Assembly: GCA_964658305.1 (NCBI GenBank)
Contig: OZ210885.1
Span: forward strand, 20,708,001-20,772,000
Origin: Leptogorgia sarmentosa
Taxonomy: Eukaryota
Length of the DNA stretch: 64,000 bases
Direction of reading: 5' to 3'
Below are positions 50,248 to 63,662 of the stretch, piece by piece. Both the position numbers and the translations under genes were made by a program. How positions within the stretch are numbered: position 1 is the first letter of the stretch; each line of letters begins with the position of its first letter. The notes beneath the pieces are model-generated. The model saw only the letters and a program-made list of their open reading frames with translations. It ran no database searches and was not told where the DNA came from.

Positions 50248-53200
50248 GTTTTATGAAGGAGAAGAAGTGGAACAAATTAACAGTCACTTCTCTAGATTGG
50301 GCAACACCACGAAGCACATGCTCCCTGAAGGTACACATGAAAAAATCAATTTAATAATTAGATAGATATTTCTGGAAATTAAATTCGTTTCTATGTCAGC
50401 TGTGGTGTTCAATTTGTAAGGGTTCAATAAGCAAGGGCAACAATTCAGGAGCATTTTATTAGCATTTTTTTTCGTTCTTTATATACATATACCGTGCTAC
50501 AGTGGTGGTGCTTCACTTAATACACGATCGATATAATTCTGCTGCAGATAGAGAAGAGCTTCTGACTGAGCATGCTTTGTCATGGAATAAATGGAAAGTT
50601 GAGAAAATGCCTTTAGCTTTAGCCAAACGATATCTGAAGGTATGTCATAGTATGGAAGGACCTTATTTATGGTGTATGTTTTTGTGACTCTTACGGTGTG
50701 GATATAGCAGATTTTGCTCGTTTTCAATAGTTCAAACAGCAAGCAGACCAAAAAAAGTGAAAAATATGTTGTTAGACATGGGCATTGACAGCGACAAGTC
50801 ATTAATTTTGTCTCAATGGATAGACAAAGTTAAAGAAGTTGCCAGAGGTAAAGTCGGTATTGGTATAATAGTAAAAAATTGAAATTGTGTCGAATCATCT
50901 TTTAAACTGATAACTGATTATGTATCTTTCTACATGTACGTAGAAGACAAATCGCTGCAAAGAAAAAAGGCCATTTTGTCAAATGAAGAAAAAGCATTTC
51001 TGTATGATAGGTTTGTTTCGGAGAACAAATGTATCCAAAACGAAAAACTTCTTCTTAAATATGCCCTGAAGATATTTCCTCGTCATTACAAAAGCATGGC
51101 ATCTAAAGACGCTTTACTGATGAGAGAGTCGGCAAAAAACCTGAGTGAGGACTGGGAAGACACCTTGAAACGCGGGAAAATACTACTGAAAGAACATGTT
51201 TCAAAATACTTGGAGAAAAACATGCAGAGTTCACATTTCACCATTAATCAGATAGTAATTAATATGAATAAACTGGCAGGTTAGTGTAACATGTAGGAGT
51301 GAATTTTACCATTGTTGTTATCTACACCATCAACTCGTACAATAATATTGTTACAGTAGAAATAATGGTTTATGTGTTGAAAGTGATTTGAGTTGTTTTC
51401 CATCTCTTTGGTTTCATAGGATCCTCCAAGCAACACAGTCGCCTTCGCCGGAAGATAACGTCGTGTCAGCCAGTACTGAAAGAGTACATTACTGATTACA
51501 ATGCGTTAGATACTGCAAATCATTTAATGGCAGCAGATGTGGAATGTGGAAAATTTCCTTGGAAATCTAAACAAGAAAGTAACGGTTAGCTTAAACTGCA
51601 CATTTCAGCTTGCATTGTTTTGTATTGCATTGCATTGTGCATGAAACACTGTTGTATTATATGGGGTACTGTAATGTTCAGTGTATTTTATTGTCTTAGT
51701 CCACCTTATGTGTATTTCAAAGGAATCTCTATTCGTGTAAAGAAGAATGTTGCCGAACAGGAAATGGAATGCTGACGATACTTGGAAGAAGTTGATGTAG
51801 TAAGAAGGGAAATGGGGAATTATATTGAATATTACAGACAAAAATTAATTCCAAATATGGAATTACAGCTTGTAAATTTAACATCAGAATGTTCAACGGA
51901 AGGTGAGCGTTCGTATATTCAAATCGTATACGTCAATATATTATATTATTCGGTATATACTGTGTGACACATTTTTCCAACTATTTATATTCTAATGTTT
52001 TATATTAGGTGAAATTCCAACATGTGATTTAGAGGTTCACGAAGATGAAGATATGCCAAACATTGTATGGCAAAGATATTCACTCTTAATTTATTCTACA
52101 GGGTGTCTAAAAAAAAAGGTAATCGAACTTTGGCATGCCATTGTGCGTTAATTACTGGGTGTATGAACGTGAACGTGATTTTTATATGGTCTTAAAGAGC
52201 AAGTTATTAGCTGTTGAACGACAAGTTTTTTGTACCATTTTGAGTAAAATGGAGAACGTATAAGTCTATTAAAAACCGTTGGTCGAAATCGCATATTTTC
52301 ACCTCTGTGCCTAATTAAAGCAGTGCATAACAAAAGAAAAATGCAATGAATCAAGAATGTGTCATGGTAACAAAGATTTTATCAGCCGATTATTAGTAAT
52401 TATGCATAATCAGGTCGTTTGTTGAAGGGAAGGTCGTCATCTTTGAGTCCCAGAGGGAGTTCATTTTGAATAAGTTTAGCCGCAATTCTCGGGTGAAAAT
52501 ATGCGATTTCGACCAACGATTTTTAATAGACTCATACGTGCTCCGTTTTACTTAAAATGGTACAAAAAACTTGTCGTTCAACAGCTAATAACTTGCTCTT
52601 TATGACCATATAAAAATTACGTTCATACACCCAGCAAATAGCGCTCAATGGCATGTCAAAGTTGGATTACTTTTTTTTGAGACACCCTGTATATAACCTA
52701 AATGTTCTTTTCAGGAATTTCGGTTTTCGTCTGGATTTGTCACTTGACCATGTCGCAATACTGAATTATTTATTTTGCTGATGTCAATAAGATATTAAAG
52801 TAAGATGTTTTTGTAGGGAAGATATTCATATGACTCAAGAGAACGATCCGTTGTCAACAGAAAAGTGGCGTTGCTGCGAAGAGGATTGGATTAAGCCATC
52901 AATCAGCTATCACTTGGGGTTGACCTTTTCCGAGAAATAATTGATACCACTTCGTCTCAAAAGTTGTTAGAGGATTTGGAGTTTGCTTTGAGCTCAGAAA
53001 ATGTGGAAGAATGCAACGCCGATGACGAAGAGGACGTTGATGATGAAGATGAGATCGATGAAAATGAATCTTTATTAACCAGCTATAACAGTAGAACAGA
53101 TACTGGAAATAGTACCATTCTAAATGAGATTAACGCCGAAGTGCTTGATAATCAGTGTTTAGTATGGAAACTTCCTTTTGATATCAACCAAGGATCCGTT

Positions 53201-53749
53201 GGAGGAAGAAATGGTAGTAGTGCCTGTAGCATGATTGCATTGCTCACTGGTCATTTAGTTCATGCCATGAACATTCCAGATCCAGAAATTGGACCACTTA
53301 CTGAAGACTGGTTAAGTTTACTTGTTTGATCTATGGAGCTTGGGAATAAAGTATACGATGATTTCCAAGAGAACTTGCCTTCTCGATATTTATCTTCTGC
53401 TGAAGCATGTGACATTTTGTCTGGAATTATTTCGTTGATTCCAGATAGTCCTTTGCCCGTTCGTCTTATCGATTCCCACCGACCGTCAACTGTCGCGGCA
53501 CAACTTCAAATGCCCCTTGATGACGAAGCTAATCAATTTGCTGTTCTTACCATTTCCGACAAGTTGTCGGTTTTCATTTTACGTCCATCTTCTATCCTGT
53601 TCGTTGATAGCCATTGTCATGTCCCAAATGGAGCTGTAGTACTGAAAGGCAGTCGCAAATACATCGATGAATTTTGCCAAAGTGTTTGGACTGTTGGGAA
53701 GTTCAATCCTGAGGTGTATGGCAATTTAGTTGCTTTACGTGAAGCCTAA
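50248..53749 (+). pseudogene. Spliced Zisupton/KDZ transposase 3' half fused to a C-terminal cysteine-peptidase-like domain
   Basis: Exons ~50248-50330 (GEEVEQINSHFSRLGNTTKHMLPE), 50548-50639 (DREELLTEHALSWNKWKVEKMPLALAKRYLK), ~50711-50847 (WIDKVKEVAR), ~50944-51279, ~51419-51583 (SSKQHSRLRRKI...YN...FPW), ~51723-51902 (RYLEEVDVVRREM), 52817-53749 (GRYS...ALLRRGL, acidic linker, GRNGSSACSMIALL...FVDSHCH). Several in-frame stops. Confidence 0.75.
52099..52689. mobile_element. Fold-back Tc1/mariner-type MITE in an intron of the Zisupton-like gene
   Basis: TA|CAGGGTGTCTAAAAAAAAAGGTAATCGAACTTTGGCATGCC ... GGCATGTCAAAGTTGGATTACTTTTTTTTGAGACACCCTG|TA; arms of about 200 bp. Confidence 0.88.
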
Positions 53750-53903
53750 ATTAGACGGCTTCTATAGGTCAGAATATACATACATACAAAGATATTATTA
53801 AAACATGCACATATGAATTTTGCAAGAAAGGTTATCCAATGCATTGTATTGTGTTCTGTTGTGCTCTAGATCGAAGAAAGGAAACTTATTCTATTATAAT
53901 GTA

Positions 53904-54640
53904 CAGAGTGTATAAAAAAAAACACAATCCAAGTTTAAGGCGTTATAACCAAAATAATATAGATTTCCATGTTTAACTTTTAGTTCATGTTTTAGCTCTA
54001 TCTTTTTTCTACTCAATAAGTGGTCGGTTGTGACTTTTTAGGCCATTTAGGACTTCAAAATAAGTTATTTACTGCAAGCAGTCATTTTTAGATGCTTCAA
54101 ATTCGACATTCTTAATTTCGAAGGGGATGTTTATCGTTGCATGTGAGTATTTTCGAAATAATTTTAAAGTCTTAGGCTTAGGAACTTTTATATTCAGGAA
54201 GTTTTAAGATTGTTTCGAACAGCTTTCCCGGACAAGTCCCAAATTCGACGACCGTTTGGCGTAACATACGTAAATACCGGGAGATACAGCTTGAAGCAGA
54301 TGCTTTACATGGAAATCATGAACTAATAAGAAGAGTTGCACGGGAAATGCAACATCGAAGTGATTTGTGTGTGCTGAGAAATGGCGGCCACGTTGAATGA
54401 TTGTAACCAACTCTAAAGTTACATTTTTAATAAAATTCAAGCAATCTCAAATTTTAAATTGTCCAATCACACTTACTAAAAATAACATTACTCGCTCATT
54501 TCTAACTCAAATTTAACAAACAAGCAGTCTTAAGAAAGCGGAATGATAGAGCTTTCTAATGGTGGTAAATATAGCCTATTTTCCATTCGTTATGAAAATT
54601 GCATTTGAACATAGGATTGCATTTTTTTTGAGACACCCTG
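53904..54640 (+). mobile_element. Second copy of the 49129-49941 mariner derivative, inverted
   Basis: Reverse complement of 49129-49941 with extra small deletions; TA flanks. Confidence 0.9.
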
Positions 54641-54654
54641 TATAGGTACTATCG

Positions 54655-55177
54655 GTCATAAGTGACCATCGTGTCGTTGAATTCAAACTTTGCGATGGAA
54701 TTACTTTCTGAAATTTTGCACATCTATTTCTACCATGAATATTAGTGCAATACTAAAATTTCAGCCCAATTGGGCAATAGGAAGAATGTGACATAAAAAT
54801 GGGGTAAGCGTTTTCTATTATAATGTATAAGTACTATGTCATAAGTGACCATCGTGTCGTTGAATTCAAACTTTGCGATGGAATTACTTTCTGAAATTTT
54901 GCACATCTATTTCTACCATGAATATTAGTGCAATACTAAAATTTCAGCCCAATTGGGCAATAGGAAGAATGTGACATAAAAATGGGGTAAGCGTTTTCTA
55001 TTATAATGTATAAGTACTATGTCATAAGTGACCATCGTGTGGTTGAATTCAAACTTTGCGATGGAATTACTTTCTGAAATTTTGCACATCTATTTCTACC
55101 ATGACTATCAGTGCAATGCTAAAATTTCAGCCCAATTGGGCCATGGGAAGAATGTGATGTAAAAATGGGGAAAGCAA
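54655..55177. repeat. 183-bp tandem repeat, about 2.9 copies
   Basis: GTCATAAGTGACCATCGTGT recurs at 54655, 54838 and 55021; copies 1 and 2 look identical. Confidence 0.95.
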
Positions 55178-57125
55178 GGTATAACTACTGGGTGTCTCGA
55201 AAAAAGGGCTTCCTAGTCTTCTAAATTCAAATCAGTCATGTTGTATTGAACTCATCTGCCAAGCTTAATTGCTCGGAATAATTTGGCAAACATTGAAAAC
55301 AAAAGATTTTCTAGTTATGGAATATGTTTTGTAAATAAAACACGTTTTTGTGATGTGTCATGAACTATACGCAGTTCACAACAATCGGAAAACTATAATT
55401 AGTAATTTGAATTTCAGACTAATAAACACAAGATATATACAAGCCTTCTAGGTACAGAGTAAAAAAAGATGGATTCCTTTTGAAATCAGTTGTTTTTGAA
55501 TTAATTTGAACAGAAATCCGTCGGGCAGAACATGAATATATGAATATGCACCTCAATTAACGTTCTAGCTACGGCTCTGACCAACTGTATACGACACTTT
55601 AAGGTCACCATTTAAGCCCCACATGCTTACTTGATTAAAGTTCCGATGATCATGCTAGCAGAAGATTGAATACGATAGCAAAGCTGCTTGAACAGTTCTC
55701 AAATGCTCGTAGCATCGGTAGAAATTAAATTTAACAGGCAACTTTCAAGAAAATAATATTAAAACACATTGCTCCGATTGTTCGTATTTTTACTCAAACA
55801 TGCAACAGCGTTCGCACAATAACAAATGAAAAGCAATAAAAATTTTTAGTTAGCTAATATAGCAATCATATTTATTATTAGTGCACTCAGGTACACTAAT
55901 AATAACTTTGTCATATATTGATCGTACTACTAACTAGTTGGAATGTAAAATCAAAGAAATGGAGTGGAAACGTAGGTAAACTGTACGACACAACATCTGT
56001 GAAAAGCTTTACTTCTAATTATATTCCAAATACGTACAACGTCCTGAAATAGCTAAAAATTACAGAGTTCGAAATAAAGGGTACAGGCTGCACCACGGAT
56101 GTGGCATCCACAACAGATTGTGTTTCCAGTCCATTCTTTTAATAGATTTTGCAATCTATTGTTCAATTATCTTTATTATATTCACCAAAATACCCAAAAT
56201 AGGAACCATACAAAACAATACAAATAATAAAAGCTTCGAGAGAAGAACGTTTCACGAACGTTTTCAAAGGCATGCGCCCGCAATAACAATGCGGTTATAA
56301 ACATAACTAATGTGGTGACAAACACAACTAACCCAAATTATCTAGTGTCCCAAATTATCTAGTGTCAAGTATAAACTGTTGAGTGCTATTTACAACATCT
56401 ATAACTTTTAAACTTTCAAATTTTTACATTTTTTTAAAATCTTTTCTCTTCAACTTTTTTTTGTTGCCACTAAAACTTCAGCAAGACTTGATGTTGGCAG
56501 TGCAAAGTACTGGTTCACTTGAAGAATGGCGTTTTCCTCCCAGCAAGAGAGCCCATCAGAGCTCGAGCTTTATCTTGCTTTACATTGCACATTGATCAAT
56601 CTCTTGTATCTGAAAATAAAACTTTAACATCAATACGATGCTGCTGTGAGTAATACATTTTCGATGTATAGTCAATAATGTTAAAATGCCTCAATCACAT
56701 CACAAATGAATTAATTCTGGTGAGTTCTCCTCAGTTTAGGTTTCCCAGAGTCCCGCTTTAAGGATTAGGGTTAGGATTTTAAGGATTCTACATTGATACT
56801 ATGACAGAAAATGATACAAGAAGGCAATAAGAATTACTTAACTACAGTACAAATCACTTTAACAACATAGCTTTACACTGAGACTTATTTAAAACGACAT
56901 AGATGACATTTTATTCACTGATTTAAAAGTTCATGCATGCAATGTCCACTTCATACACATGAAATATGGAATAGTTCAGTTTTCAATAAAAATAAATAAA
57001 TATAGTTATGAACAGGTTAATAATACTCCATATGAATTTATACCTGCTGCTTCCTTTGGAGTTTTTTCCACTACTTTAGGAAGTTCCAGCGCAATAGAAT
57101 GATCAAAATCAGCACTATCGATCAT

Positions 57126-60100
57126 TGTAACCGCGCTAGGGTTCCCTGTGGAATTGGCGTGCAGGCCACGAGGCGACCAAGTTTTTACCTTTTGTCGTGT
57201 AGTTTATGAGAATTTGGTGTATTTATGTTGATATTAAAGCTAAATTACAAAAGTCATCGCTCTGCCTCATAGTTTAAACGAGAATGGAAACGGCTATTGG
57301 CGCCTTGTCAGCTACAGTAAAAACTCGAAACCTTTGTTGTTTACGGCGTACGGTTGGATAGTATATAACCGGTTTAGGTTGTGAATTCGCGACTGAACGT
57401 TTACTCAAGTATTTACAAGGATAATACAAATACATTTACGGATACGGACGGTGAAAAGGAAATAAATACGGAAAGGGAAAGAGAATACTCAGTACAAATA
57501 CCTGAATTAGCCTGTTCTCCAATGAAGGGAAATACGGATTCAACTGTGGAAGCAAGCGATCAAAAGGCAGAAATAGCTAGACGTTTACTGGGTTTTGAAA
57601 AGGATATTACAGCCAAGGACTCTGGAGAGATGTCCGCTAGCAGAAGGAAGAGGATCTTGACCGATAAAGGTAGACAATATGAATTAGATAAGTTAAAAGA
57701 AGCTCGGGTTTCAGCGTTACGACAAGTTACACATGAAATAAACAAACTTGATCCAATGCTTCAGGATCTTAATAATTTTGAATTTGTGTCAAGTGAAGTG
57801 GAAGTCTTGAATGGATTAATTGCTAAATTGCATGATGCTCATGACAAATATTTGAATTCCTTAGAAGATACTGTCGAAACCAACAACGCAGTCAAATGAT
57901 TTGAGATTCACGAGAATGATATATTTAAGTTTAAACGGATCTTGTGTGATTAAATGTCAAGGTCTAAAGAGCAGGTATATGAAATGAAATCTATCACTTC
58001 TAAGGGATCCCGTCGCTCATCACAAAATTCTAGGCGCTCTAGGCGCTCTGACACTTCAACAATATCATCAGAATCGCGGTGCATTGAAGCACAGGCTAAA
58101 GTAGCTGAATTAGAAGTTGAGGCAAAATATTTAAAAGAAACTCAGCCACTTCGAATGGCTTCAGAAGAGCTTAAGTTAAAAAGGTCTTAGCCCAAGCGAA
58201 GAAAGCGGAACAAATTTATGAGCAAGCAAGCAATGATGATACACTACCAATGCCTGCTCCATTACTAGGACCTAGCAATAGAAATGTCTCTTTCAATCAC
58301 CCAGTCCCTGCAGATACCTGTTCAGCACCTATTCAGGGATCAACTAATGAGACCTCCACCAATGTTAGTGCAAGGTTTGGTGCACACTATTACACAATCC
58401 CAGCAGTTACAAGTTCTGCGAGTCTTGAGGCAGAAATAATACAGTTGCAGCTAGTGGCAACTTTGTTCATATGCCTTACAGGCTCACAATTCATGGAAAT
58501 TCTAATGTTAGAACCACTCAAGGAATCAATACGACCCCTTCAAACCTGATTTCTGTGTCAAGCCTACCCACTCCCATAGTTTCCACCGGAACCCAGTCTG
58601 CTGAAACGGAAAGAACACCCCAGGGAGTTCCTGGAGGACCGAGCATCTCATACCAAACACCTAGGAACACAACATCCTGCACTGATACGACATGTGGTAT
58701 GCCGGCACAAGCTAATTCCCAATTTGTAGGAGCTGAAGTATTCAACGACCCCAATCACCACCCTAACGTTATAGTAGCAGGATCTGTACCAACCCATTCC
58801 AACTGTGCACAAGATAATACGTATCACGAGCTAATTGACTTGCAATGGAAACAAACAGAGCTATCAAAAACAATCGTTTCCCAACAAGCAAGGAGCCTGT
58901 TACCTGCCCACAAACCACCTATGTTTGCTGGCGAAGCCCTAGAGTTTCCCACCTTCTGGACTACCTTTGATTCACTAATAGAATCAAAGGTCAAGGATCC
59001 GATAGAAAGGTTGTACTTTCTTGGCCAATACACCATAGGAAAGGCTAAGGAAGTAATCAAGGGATGCCTACAAAGGAAAACCTGTGACGCATACAACGAA
59101 GCAAAACATCTATTACAACACCAGTTTGGTGACCCATTCAAAATCACCAATGCTCATGTGACAAGGTTATCATCTTGGCCACAAATCAAGCCGAATGAGG
59201 GCAGTGCTCTTCAAAATTTTGCTATTGCCCCAGAGCAGGCGGGTTCCGCCATGAAGGGCATGTCCCATATGCAAGACCTCAACACGGCACATGTGTTACG
59301 AAAGTTGTGGGAGAAACTACCACGCCACCTACGCAGCAAGTGGACAGAGAGAAACAGCAAAACAAAGATCACTCAAGGTGAGGAATTTAGCTGGTATCTG
59401 AGCAAGCAGAGCTCACTACTGATCCTATTTTCTCTGAAGGTGTGAGTAAGACATCGCTCGAAGATAAGGATGATGGGAGGTTTCCTAAGAGAGTTCGAGG
59501 TTTTTGAACAGGGACAGGGGATGCCACGGTATGTCCCTTATGTAAAAAGACTCATGGCTTAAACGGCTGTGAGCAGTTTCTGAAAAAAACCTTTGAATGA
59601 TCGACATGACTTTGTTAAGGAAAACAAGTTGTGCTACGGTTGCTTGGGCAACGAACACATTGCAAAGAACTGTAAGAGACGACACACCTGCAAAACCTGT
59701 AACAAGAAACATCCAACGACAACTGGACGAGGAAAGCCAAGGCTGGTGGCCAAAAGGAGGATGATCAATCTCCAAAAGGTTAGTCCCTGAGTTATCAGTA
59801 ATCGAACCGCTGTTGGTAACACCACGGAGACAGGGGATGTACCTGTAAGTATGGGCATTATTCCTGTATGGGTGTCCCAACCAATAAGGAAAGGTCTATG
59901 CCCTACTAGACAATGCCAGCAGTGGAACATTCATGCGAGAAGGTTTGGCACAAAGGCTTAACATAGAAGGAAGTCCAACTAACCTTATTCTAACGACCAT
60001 GCACGGATCAGAAAATGTTTCTACAAGAGCTATTGAAGGACTAATTGTGGCTAACCTTAGTGATGAAGACGTCACCGTAGAGCTACCAAGAACTTACACG

Positions 60101-63100
60101 ATAAAGGCTATTCCAGCCCATCACAGTGAAATACCACAGCCAGATGGAGTGAAAAAGATTCCTCACCTAAGAAGAGTAAGTGAAGAAATGCCACCTGTCA
60201 TGGAGGATGTGGACGTCGGACTTCTGATCGGTTTGAACTGTCCCAGAGTGTTACGACCGAGAGAAATCATCTATGGGGGGAGGGGGGGGGAAGATGGAGC
60301 CGTATGCCATTCGTTCATTACTCAGATGGTACATCAATGGCCCTAGTCATGCCTTGGAGAGCCATAGTCTTCATAGCAACAGAATCCACCTTAAAGACAA
60401 CACATCGACTACGGCGAAGGGGTATGTTGTATCACAGACAAAGATCAAGGAACGAATCACACCAATGTCCGTGAAGCAAATGTCCAAGTTAGATTTCTCT
60501 GAAATCGAAAAAGGAACAGCTATGTCACATGAAGATGCACGATTCTACCAATTGGTGGAAGGTGGGATTGTTCACTTAGAAGACCAGCATTATGAAATGC
60601 CCCTACCTCTCAAAGATCCGAATATCAAGCTGCCAAACAACTATGTTCAAGCCGAGAAACGTCTGAATAGTCTGAAGAAACGCCTGCTGTCTGATGAAAA
60701 ATACCACAAGGACTATTGCAACTTTATGTCAGAGATCATTTCGACGATGTTGTCGAAACTGCGAACGGAAATCTGTGGTATCTGCCGCACCATGGTGTCT
60801 ATCCTGCTCAAAAACCAGACAAAGTGCGGGTAGTGTTTTATTGCTCAGCGAGGTACGAAGGAAGGTCTCTAAATGAGAACTTGCTCCAAGGACCCGATCT
60901 GACCAGCAATTTGATTCAGGTTTCGTCAAGAGAAATTCGCGTTTATGGCAGACATCGAGAAAATGTTTTTCCAGGTTAAGGTGAGGAATGAAGATCAGAA
61001 TCTTCTCAGATTTCTGTGGTGGACAGACGGGAATATGGAAAACGAGCCGGATGAATCTGCACCTGCTTGTGCCAATTTCGCTCTCACATGCACCGCTGAT
61101 GACAACGAAAGCGAGTATGGTGTAACGGTAGCCGAAACTCTCAGGAAGAACTTCTATGTCAATGATGTGTTAAAATCCACTCCCGAAGACGAAGCCATTG
61201 ACCTTTCAAAAAAGGTCAAGGAAGTATGTGCTAAGGGCGGGTTTAACCTGACTAAGTTTGTTGGCAACACAGAACGGATCATCAACCAAACTCCTCAAGA
61301 GCACCGAGCTGAGAATGTGAAGAACCTATCATTGGGTCAAGACAAGCTGCCCATGGAGAGAGTGTTAGGCGTTCACTGGTGCATCGAGTCAGATGTCTTC
61401 AAATTCAGAATTCAGTTGAAGGACAATCCATGTACTCGCCGAGGAATACTTTCCACTATAAGCTCCATCTACGATCCTTTAGGATTTATCGCGCCAGTCG
61501 TACTTGTCGGTAAAAGGATCCTACAAGATATCTGTCAATCAAGCAGTTGGGATGAACAAGTCGATGATGCCACGAGAAATAAATGGGAGAAATGGCATGG
61601 TGAGCTTTATCTGCTTGAAAGGTTGGATGTACCTAGGAGCTTTAAACCAAAGGAATTCGGGAAGGTCGTATCGGTTCAACTTCATAGCATGTCGGACGCC
61701 TCAACAACAGGATATGGACAGTGTTCGTACTTGAGGTTGAAAGATGAGAATGGAAAGGTGCAGACCTCCTTTGTCATGGGCAAGGCTCGAGTGACGCCAA
61801 GAAAGTCTGTGAGCATTCCAAGATTGGAGCTCGCGGCAGCTACAACGTCCGTAAAGGTTGCTAGTACCCTAAGGGAAGAGCTGGAGTATGACCGAATCGG
61901 AGACCGTTACTGGACGGGCAGTGGGGTCGTTCTCGGATACATCAGTAACGAATCAAGACGTTTTCATACCTATGTTGCAAATAGGGTACAAACAATCCAA
62001 GATCACTCACATACCTCACAATGGCATTACGTAAAAACAGCATTAAATCCGGCGGACTAAGGATCGAGAGGAATGTCTGTGAAAGACTTCATCGAGAAAT
62101 TGAAATGAATCGAGGGCCCCGAGTTTCTGAACAAGTCTGAAGATAAGTGGCTAGATGAAGAACAATTGTTGGGCAGCTCGGATCAGCCTCTACCAGAAGA
62201 AAAGAATGTGAGAGTGAACACGCAGGTGTTCAATAAGAGGAGAACGGTGGCATACTCGATAGATCAGAAAGATTCTCTATGTGGCAGAAAGCTAAGACTG
62301 CCGTGGCCCTTTGTATGATGTACATAAGAGTCCTAAAGGACAGAAAGAATTCGAAGAAAGCATTGCAAGGAGATGAAGCACACAAGGACAAAATCGTGGC
62401 AAATACCGATAGAAAAGTCGCAGGGGATCTTTGTGTTGAGGATCTTGAGAAAGCCGAGAGTGAAATCATTAAACAGGTTCAGAAAGTTGCATTTCCTTCC
62501 GAGTTGAAGACACTTCGAAACATTCAAGGTAAACCGAACTACAGGACCTGTGAATCAGATAAAGAAAGAAAGGCGGCTTTAAGGAAAGCGAGTTCTCTTC
62601 ACACTTTGGACCTGTTTGTTGACGAGCAGAAAATCCTCCGGGTTGTTGGAAGAATAAGGAAAGCAAGTCTGTCGGAATGGTTAACCAATCCAATCATCTT
62701 GCCAAAGTCCAGTCACACATCACGGTGGTAGAGGAGTCACTCTTGATGAACTTCGTTGTAGTGGCTACTGGGTCAATGGTAATGCCATGGTAAGACGGTT
62801 CATCTCGAAGTGCGTCAAATGTCGTTATCTCAGAGGCAGTACTGGAGAGCAAAAGATGGCTGACTTGCCGAGGCAACAAGTAGAACCAGCACCACCTTTC
62901 ACATACTGCGCTGTCGATTATTTCGGGCCCTGGTATGTAAGATGAGGAAGATCAACGGTGAAGAGATATGGAGCACTATTTACCTGCTTAGCTAGTCGGG
63001 CAGTCCATATAGAAGTCGCCGACACTATGGAAACTGACTCGTTCATTCAAGCGCTGAGACGATTCATTTGTAGGAGAGGTCCAGTTCAAGAGATTCGCTG

Positions 63101-63620
63101 CGACAGGGGAACCAACTTCATTGGTGCTGGGAACGAGCTTAGAAAGGCAATCGAGGAGATGGATGATGAAAAAGTAATGGCTGAATTGTTGAAGGATAAT
63201 ATTGATTGGATAAAAAATCCAGCTTCAGCGAGCAACTTTGGAGGGGTTTGGGAAAGACAGATTCGGTCGATCAGAAGTGTCATGAATGCACTGATCAAGG
63301 AGCACGGTGCTCATATGGATGACGAGATCCTGAGAACATTTCTATGCGAAGCAGAAGCTACAGTTAATAACAGACCCCTAATGGTGAAAACCCTCAGCGA
63401 TCCACTTTCCGAGCCACGTTCATGTTGTCTTATTACGAGAAGGACAGTGTCCAAGCAATAAGTGGCCCTTGGCCAGAGTGGTGCATACTAATCCAGACAG
63501 TCAAGGAAAAGTTAGATCAGTTACAATGTTGACGCCGAACGGATCTAAACTCGAGAGACCCATTAACAAGCTCGTTTTACTCGTAGAGTCACAGTAAGAC
63601 TGGGATTCCCCGACGAGGAG
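57126..63620 (+). mobile_element. Fourth BEL/Pao element, heavily decayed, no 3' LTR
   Basis: Putative LTR TGTAAC...GCTACA (57126-57316); gag [68 protein letters not shown]; integrase VDYFGP, CDRGTNF, GGVWER. Confidence 0.88.
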
Positions 63621-63662
63621 CCTGACAGTAAAGACATTTATGGACTATATTGAACATTCTAG

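Noticed and set aside
54655..55177. Possible CRISPR-like array
   Set aside because: Units are fully repeated with no unique spacers, there are no cas genes, and the context is eukaryotic.
56350..57125. Exon-like minus-strand segments (MIDSADFDHSIALELPKVVEK; WALLLGGKRHSSSEPVLCTANIKSC)
   Set aside because: Multiple stops and no recognisable motif; too weak to call.
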